From: Thermoproteati archaeon
GTDB taxonomy: Archaea; Thermoproteota; Thermoprotei_A; Marsarchaeales; UBA168
Direction: 5' to 3'
Length of the DNA stretch: 52,995 bases
NCBI GenBank assembly: GCA_023256375.1
Contig: JAGDXE010000021.1
Span: forward strand, 1-52,995
Shown here piece after piece: positions 48,283 to 52,995 of this stretch. Each line of letters starts with the position of its first letter. Position 1 is the first letter of the stretch. The notes below the pieces were generated by a model, which ran no database searches, had not been told where the DNA came from, and saw only the letters and a list, made by a program, of their open reading frames with translations. Made by a program: the position numbers and the translations under genes.

Positions 48283-49679
48283 GTAAAGACCCAGCAATGC
48301 AACTAAGGGGAAACGTCAGCTATGCAACCGTGACTCAAATCAGTGGGCCGTTGATTTTTGTCAGCGGGATAAAAGGAGTGGGTTACGATGAATTAGTGCA
48401 AGTTAAAGCGGGCAATCGGCACAGCATGGGGAGAGTTCTAGACGTATCAAAAGAAGTGGCAGTTATAGAGGTATTCAAAGGTACTACTGGCTTGTCTTTA
48501 GGTGAAACTTCGGTCGAATTCTTAGGCAGGGGCTTGGAAGTAGGCGTATCTCAGGATATCCTGGGAAGGGTTTTTGACGGAATTGGGGCACCGGCGGATG
48601 GAAAACCAGAACCTTTCGTCAAGGAAAAGCGGGATATCAACGGCTCGCCCATAAACCCCACGGCCAGGGAATACCCCAGCGAATTCATAGAAACGGGCAT
48701 TTCCGCGATTGACGGTATGGATAGCCTCGTTAGGGGGCAGAAATTGCCCATATTTAGCGGGGCTGGACTTCCGCATAACGCATTAGCGGCTCAGATAGTT
48801 AGGCAGGCAAAGTTATTGAATTCTTCAGAGAGTTTCGCCGTGGTTTTTGTTGCAATAGGGATAACGCATGATGAGGCCATGTACTTCAGGAAGAGTTTTG
48901 AGGAGTCGGGTGCCTTAGCCAATACCTCGATGGTTTTGAACCTAGCCGATTCGCCTCCCGTGGAGAGAATTACGGCCCCGCGCGTTGGGCTGACTATGGC
49001 GGAATACCTGGCCTTCGAAGAGGCTATGCACGTTCTTGTCGTAATGACGGATATGACGAACTATTGCAATGCATTAAGGGAAATCAGCTCGTCTAGAGGG
49101 GAAATACCTGCCAGGAAGGGATACCCCGGATATATGTATACAGACTTGGCTTCGATATACGAGAGGGCTGGAAAAATAATCGGAAAAAAAGGAAGTATAA
49201 CTCTTCTTCCAATACTTACGATGCCTAACGACGATATATCGCATCCAATACCGGACTTAACGGGTTATATAACCGAGGGCCAGATAGTTCTAGACAGAGG
49301 TTTGTATAGAAAGGGGATTTACCCTCCTGTTGATATCGCCCTGAGCTTATCTAGGTTAATGAAAGACGGCGTGGGAAAAGGTTTTACGAGGGAGGATCAC
49401 ATGGACCTATCCAATCAGCTTTACGCATCCTACGCAAGGATGAAGGAGGTTCGTTCGTTGGAGATGGTCGTGGGAGAAGAAGGCCTCAGCGAGAAAGATA
49501 AGATGTACTTAAAGTTCGGTGAATTTTTCGAGCAGAATTTCTTAAATCAAAGGGAAAATCAGGATAGGAGTATTGAACAAACACTCGACCTTGGTTGGCA
49601 AGCCTTATCCGTATTACCGGAAGATGAACTAACAAGGGTCAGCAAAGAGGAAATTAAGACATACATGAAAAAGTCGTGA
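48279..49679 (+). CDS. atpB: A/V-type ATP synthase subunit B
   Basis: [44 protein letters not shown]. Confidence 0.98.
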   Translation: MSKDPAMQLRGNVSYATVTQISGPLIFVSGIKGVGYDELVQVKAGNRHSMGRVLDVSKEVAVIEVFKGTTGLSLGETSVEFLGRGLEVGVSQDILGRVFDGIGAPADGKPEPFVKEKRDINGSPINPTAREYPSEFIETGISAIDGMDSLVRGQKLPIFSGAGLPHNALAAQIVRQAKLLNSSESFAVVFVAIGITHDEAMYFRKSFEESGALANTSMVLNLADSPPVERITAPRVGLTMAEYLAFEEAMHVLVVMTDMTNYCNALREISSSRGEIPARKGYPGYMYTDLASIYERAGKIIGKKGSITLLPILTMPNDDISHPIPDLTGYITEGQIVLDRGLYRKGIYPPVDIALSLSRLMKDGVGKGFTREDHMDLSNQLYASYARMKEVRSLEMVVGEEGLSEKDKMYLKFGEFFEQNFLNQRENQDRSIEQTLDLGWQALSVLPEDELTRVSKEEIKTYMKKS

Positions 49680-49685
49680 TAATTT

Positions 49686-50297
49686 ATGGAAAAAATGCAA
49701 ATCCCCCCGACCAGGTTTAACTTACTTAAGTTAAAGCGGGATTACGTGGCTTTACAGATAGGCCACGATTTGCTTGAACAAAAAAGAGAAGCGTTATTGG
49801 AAGAAATAAAAAAAGAGGCTATGAGTTTATACCAGCAGCGTCGGATTTGCCAGCAATCGCTTGATGAGGCGCTTCAAATTTTGGCTAAGGCCGAGGCCGA
49901 AGCTTACCCACAAATGGCGCTGTGGGGAAGGTCTACGGTATCCGTATCAGAGGATCAAAGAAGCATAATGGGGGTAGCCGTATCGATTTTTAAGATCGTG
50001 CAAAAGCCTTCTGGGAAGCTTATGCTTTCTCCCGGAGGCGAAAGCGCTGTAATTGAGGATCTAGCATCGTTTTTCTTAAGGTTGATTGAATCCTTATCTA
50101 AACTAGCGGAGTTGCAGGCTTCTATAACGGCCTTAGCCAAGGAAATGAAAAAAACTCAGCGTAGGGTTAACGCGCTAGAAAACATTTTCTTACCCCAATA
50201 CCGCGAGACGATTAGTTTTATATCTGATACTCTTGAGGAAAGGGACAGAGAAGAATTAGTATCATTGAAAGCTATTAAGGAAGGCCACGGTGCATGA
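49686..50297 (+). CDS. atpD: A/V-type ATP synthase subunit D
   Basis: PTRFNL, G.DLL..KR, KTQRRVNALE. Confidence 0.96.
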   Translation: MEKMQIPPTRFNLLKLKRDYVALQIGHDLLEQKREALLEEIKKEAMSLYQQRRICQQSLDEALQILAKAEAEAYPQMALWGRSTVSVSEDQRSIMGVAVSIFKIVQKPSGKLMLSPGGESAVIEDLASFFLRLIESLSKLAELQASITALAKEMKKTQRRVNALENIFLPQYRETISFISDTLEERDREELVSLKAIKEGHGA

Positions 50298-50300
50298 ACG

Positions 50301-50723
50301 GTGTCAGTATCCGTATCATTTGAAGCGTTTGGCCATAAAAACGTTAAATCGATTCACCGCACTACGTTAGAGATAACCTCGGAAAATTTTTTGACTGAAA
50401 GCGGAGACTGTATTTTAGCCATAAGATCTACTCTTGTCCCAAGCCTTTTGCCTAAGGCCGCCAAGGATTTAATCAGGAGTGGGGCCCGCGTAACCCTGGA
50501 AATAAGAGCTGGCCCTTACGTGGATTGGGTAAGCGGCTGGGGGAGTAGTAATTTAGATTTGAACAGCAATAGAGCTTTAATATTTAGGAAAAGTAGTTTT
50601 ACGAGCCCTGAGACCGTTGCTATAAATTGCAATAAAGCCGCTAAGGACTTAGATAGGGGCTTAATTGATTTTGTCAAGAGCGGAGTTAAAGTAAGTTTTA
50701 CGCTCAAAATATCGTTAAACTAG
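50301..50723 (+). CDS. DUF371 family protein
   Basis: GHKNV...HRTTLEIT, LT..GDCI, RKS.F, NKAAKDLDR. Confidence 0.88.
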   Translation: MSVSVSFEAFGHKNVKSIHRTTLEITSENFLTESGDCILAIRSTLVPSLLPKAAKDLIRSGARVTLEIRAGPYVDWVSGWGSSNLDLNSNRALIFRKSSFTSPETVAINCNKAAKDLDRGLIDFVKSGVKVSFTLKISLN

Positions 50724-50994
50724 GGTCTGTAATAAACGCGCGGATCGCCATGGGGTGAGTGCGTGGTCGCAGTAAAAGGCTTTGACGGTAAGGGTGCTCG
50801 TCGGCGAAAAGATCATGAGGTTGATCTTAGGCGCGGAGAGTATTTTCGCTTTCTAAAGGGAACTTTATGGAGGCTTTTTAGCTAATCCGATTGTTTAAAT
50901 AAAAATTGTCATATAAGTAAGGGCGCCTCGGTCTTTGCTGTCAAGAGGGTCTGATGGGCTGGTCGATTATTTAATTATTTCAGGCAGATAAATA

Positions 50995-51918
50995 TTAAAA
51001 GTAAATCGAGTTAGGCAGCATAGCGTAAAAAGCGAGGGCGAGAACCATACCGATAAGAGGAGCAATTGCCCAAATTAATACTATTTTAATTATTTTTGAA
51101 TGATTTGATATAGTTATCTTCCTGGCTAATGCGGGACCGAACAGGGCTGCGACGCCAATTTGCGAAACGGATACTGGGATTGCCAGTTGCGTCATAATTT
51201 CTACTATCAGCGCGCCACTAAAACTAGCGCCCGATGAAGCTATTGGGCTTATGCCTACTATATCTTGAGATACCGTATTAGTAACGGTCTTTCCCCCTAT
51301 GTATGATCCTAGGAAAGCGGATATGGCTAACAGGGGGCCGCTTACGGCATCCGAACTTTCCGTCATACCTTCAAGAAGACCAACCGTGTTAGCTCCCAAT
51401 ACATAGGCAACATAGAATGAGGATAATACAACCAAGATAGCGTTAATCTGCGCTCTGTTAAATATGCCCCGCGGGAGTATGCGCCTTAATACCAAATAAA
51501 TTAAGCCGGCAACAGGTATAGAAACTAAGGGGGCGTATAACCAAGAAAGCGATACTAATCCTGCAAAACCCCAGTTTAGATTGCCAGTAACGATGCCAAT
51601 TCCAATTGCTCCACCGACAAGTGCTTGGGAAAACGAAAGGGGTAAAGCAAAAAAAGTTACAATAGATAAAACTATTAGAGAAGCAATTAAGAGGCACGCG
51701 GCTATTTTAGGATCGTTTGAATTAATCATATACTTAAGTATACTGGGTTTCATTTTCCACCCCTCTAGAAATATTCCCAGCGCAATTCCGATTCCAGCCA
51801 GCAGTAGAGCTTTAGACTCATCCATGAGTCCCGCGCCAACGATCGCTCCTATGCACGCCGAAGCGTTATTGGCCCCTATGGCAAATGCAGCTATAAGTGA
51901 GAGCAAGAGCAAGAGCAA
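50995..51918 (-). CDS. PiT-family inorganic phosphate transporter
   Basis: Two GAN(N/T) signatures, PLSFSQ/PVSVSQ, many TM helices. Confidence 0.9.
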   Translation of the reverse strand: MLLLLLSLIAAFAIGANNASACIGAIVGAGLMDESKALLLAGIGIALGIFLEGWKMKPSILKYMINSNDPKIAACLLIASLIVLSIVTFFALPLSFSQALVGGAIGIGIVTGNLNWGFAGLVSLSWLYAPLVSIPVAGLIYLVLRRILPRGIFNRAQINAILVVLSSFYVAYVLGANTVGLLEGMTESSDAVSGPLLAISAFLGSYIGGKTVTNTVSQDIVGISPIASSGASFSGALIVEIMTQLAIPVSVSQIGVAALFGPALARKITISNHSKIIKIVLIWAIAPLIGMVLALAFYAMLPNSIYF

Positions 51919-51920
51919 GT

Positions 51921-52607
51921 TTACACACCAGATTTTGCCGTTATGATTATAATGACATCTGATGCATCCTCGATTCCATCGAGGACATTATCCAGCCAGA
52001 GGATGAAATCTTTTAATTCTAATAGAGTTAAGACGTCGAGTTCGGTTTTTCTAAAAAAAATATTTCTAATTATATGTGCTTTTATTTCGTCTCCTTCCTC
52101 TTCCTCTCTCTCAACCTGTATGGCAAGTTTTAGGGCTTGCTTTGGTTCGGAGAGCAGAGATTTTATTCCGTCGATTAGGATCGACATGGCTTCTTCTGCC
52201 TTCTTTATTAACATTATGGGGTCATCTTGAGAGAAAATTGTCCTATAAACTTCGTTTGGGATTGGAAATTGCGCTAGGATTCTAGAAGCATCTTTTGAAT
52301 AATCGGCTACGTTATCTATCTGCTCCATCAAGTTTAGGATATCCTCCCTTATTCCTGCGAAAAAGGCGCCCTCGGAGACCAATACCATAGCTTCCCTGTG
52401 AATTAAGTCTACCCTTTCTTCTAGCCTGGAGACTCCTTCACTAGCTGCGTTTACGTCTTGCCAGTTGCCTTGGCTTGCCGCTACCACGACGTTTTCTAAG
52501 GATTTTACGGTATCTGTTGCGGCATTAGCCTCTTTTAATATCATTTCAATGGCAAGTTTTTCCTTCTTGCCGAAAAAACTGAATTTACCGAGGCTTTTTG
52601 GCCACAC
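51921..52607 (-). CDS. DUF47 phosphate-transport regulator (PhoU-like)
   Basis: LEERVD, REDIL.L...D.VAD, EEEGD, D.IEDASD; upstream of the PiT gene. Confidence 0.9.
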   Translation of the reverse strand: MWPKSLGKFSFFGKKEKLAIEMILKEANAATDTVKSLENVVVAASQGNWQDVNAASEGVSRLEERVDLIHREAMVLVSEGAFFAGIREDILNLMEQIDNVADYSKDASRILAQFPIPNEVYRTIFSQDDPIMLIKKAEEAMSILIDGIKSLLSEPKQALKLAIQVEREEEEGDEIKAHIIRNIFFRKTELDVLTLLELKDFILWLDNVLDGIEDASDVIIIITAKSGV

Positions 52608-52914
52608 TTCTAATCAGATTTTTGTCTTATCAATTTAACTCTGTCGGCGGAAATAGCTCTTTTATTAGGAATAAAATTTCACTTTGAGCTCGGATGTCGA
52701 AAGGTCGCCATTGAAATCTATACGCAAATATTTATAGGAAAGCTAGGGGTTTGGGGGAAACGAATCAGGCTTCAGGGAGGGGATACGCGGACCCCAAAAG
52801 AAGGGTTTATTGATAATGTTATGCAGTAGCGGTGGGGTGGGGCACGCCCGATTTGCCCACGAATAAACGCCTTAACCCGCCTTCCAGACGTGGCTGAACG
52901 AAAGTTCCCAGCGT

Positions 52915-52995
52915 CGGGAAACTGCGCTCTGGTGGTATGGGGATCGAGCACGGTCGTTGAAGCGGGAAGCGCGGCCTTAGCTGAGGAGTAACTCA
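52915..52995 (+). mobile_element. Possible IS200/IS605 right-end remnant, running to the window edge
   Basis: ACGGTCGTTGAAGCGGGAAGC...GGAGTAACTCA resembles tnpB 3'-end/RE sequence and the motif near position 34. Confidence 0.4.

Noticed and set aside
104-52285. Numerous short antisense or overlapping ORFs in the track (e.g. 886..1152, 1877..2257, 19270..19509, 39563..39919, 51581..51946)
   Set aside because: They are shadows of well-supported genes on the other strand or frame and have no recognisable motifs.
1-52995. CRISPR array, cas genes, rRNA genes, integrase or provirus, inteins in atpA or IF2
   Set aside because: No regularly spaced repeats, rRNA-like sequence, integrase or intein-sized insertions were seen.

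Overview
Archaeal chromosome window, most consistent with a TACK/Thermoproteota-like lineage (gene content, atpF-E-A-B-D order, many leaderless genes, frequent TTG/GTG starts); the exact taxon cannot be determined from sequence alone. It is mostly conserved core genome: ribosomal protein/RNA polymerase superoperons, isoprenoid genes (ipk, fni, gds), gltX, aIF5B, aIF2-gamma, KEOPS (kae1, bud32, pcc1), purA/purB, rtcA, an ECF transporter, A-type ATPase FEABD, phosphate transport genes and one tRNA(CAU). Eroded IS200/IS605 (tnpB) remnants sit in several intergenic gaps. The standout signal is a 26-nt insertion (15450-15475) that breaks the reading frame of the essential translation initiation factor aIF5B/IF2 gene. 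It folds into a canonical bulge-helix-bulge splicing motif, and excision at the standard endonuclease cut sites exactly restores the conserved EAGGM|TQHIG motif, making it a candidate tRNA-type pre-mRNA intron in a gene other than cbf5. Other signals: an in-frame THUMP-LarE fusion beside the tRNA, a CTG-initiated spt4 missed by the ORF track, an hsp20 operator palindrome, a 54-nt IS-end/omega-RNA-like repeat, local inversions of core genes, two apparent pseudoenzymes and candidate structured RNAs.
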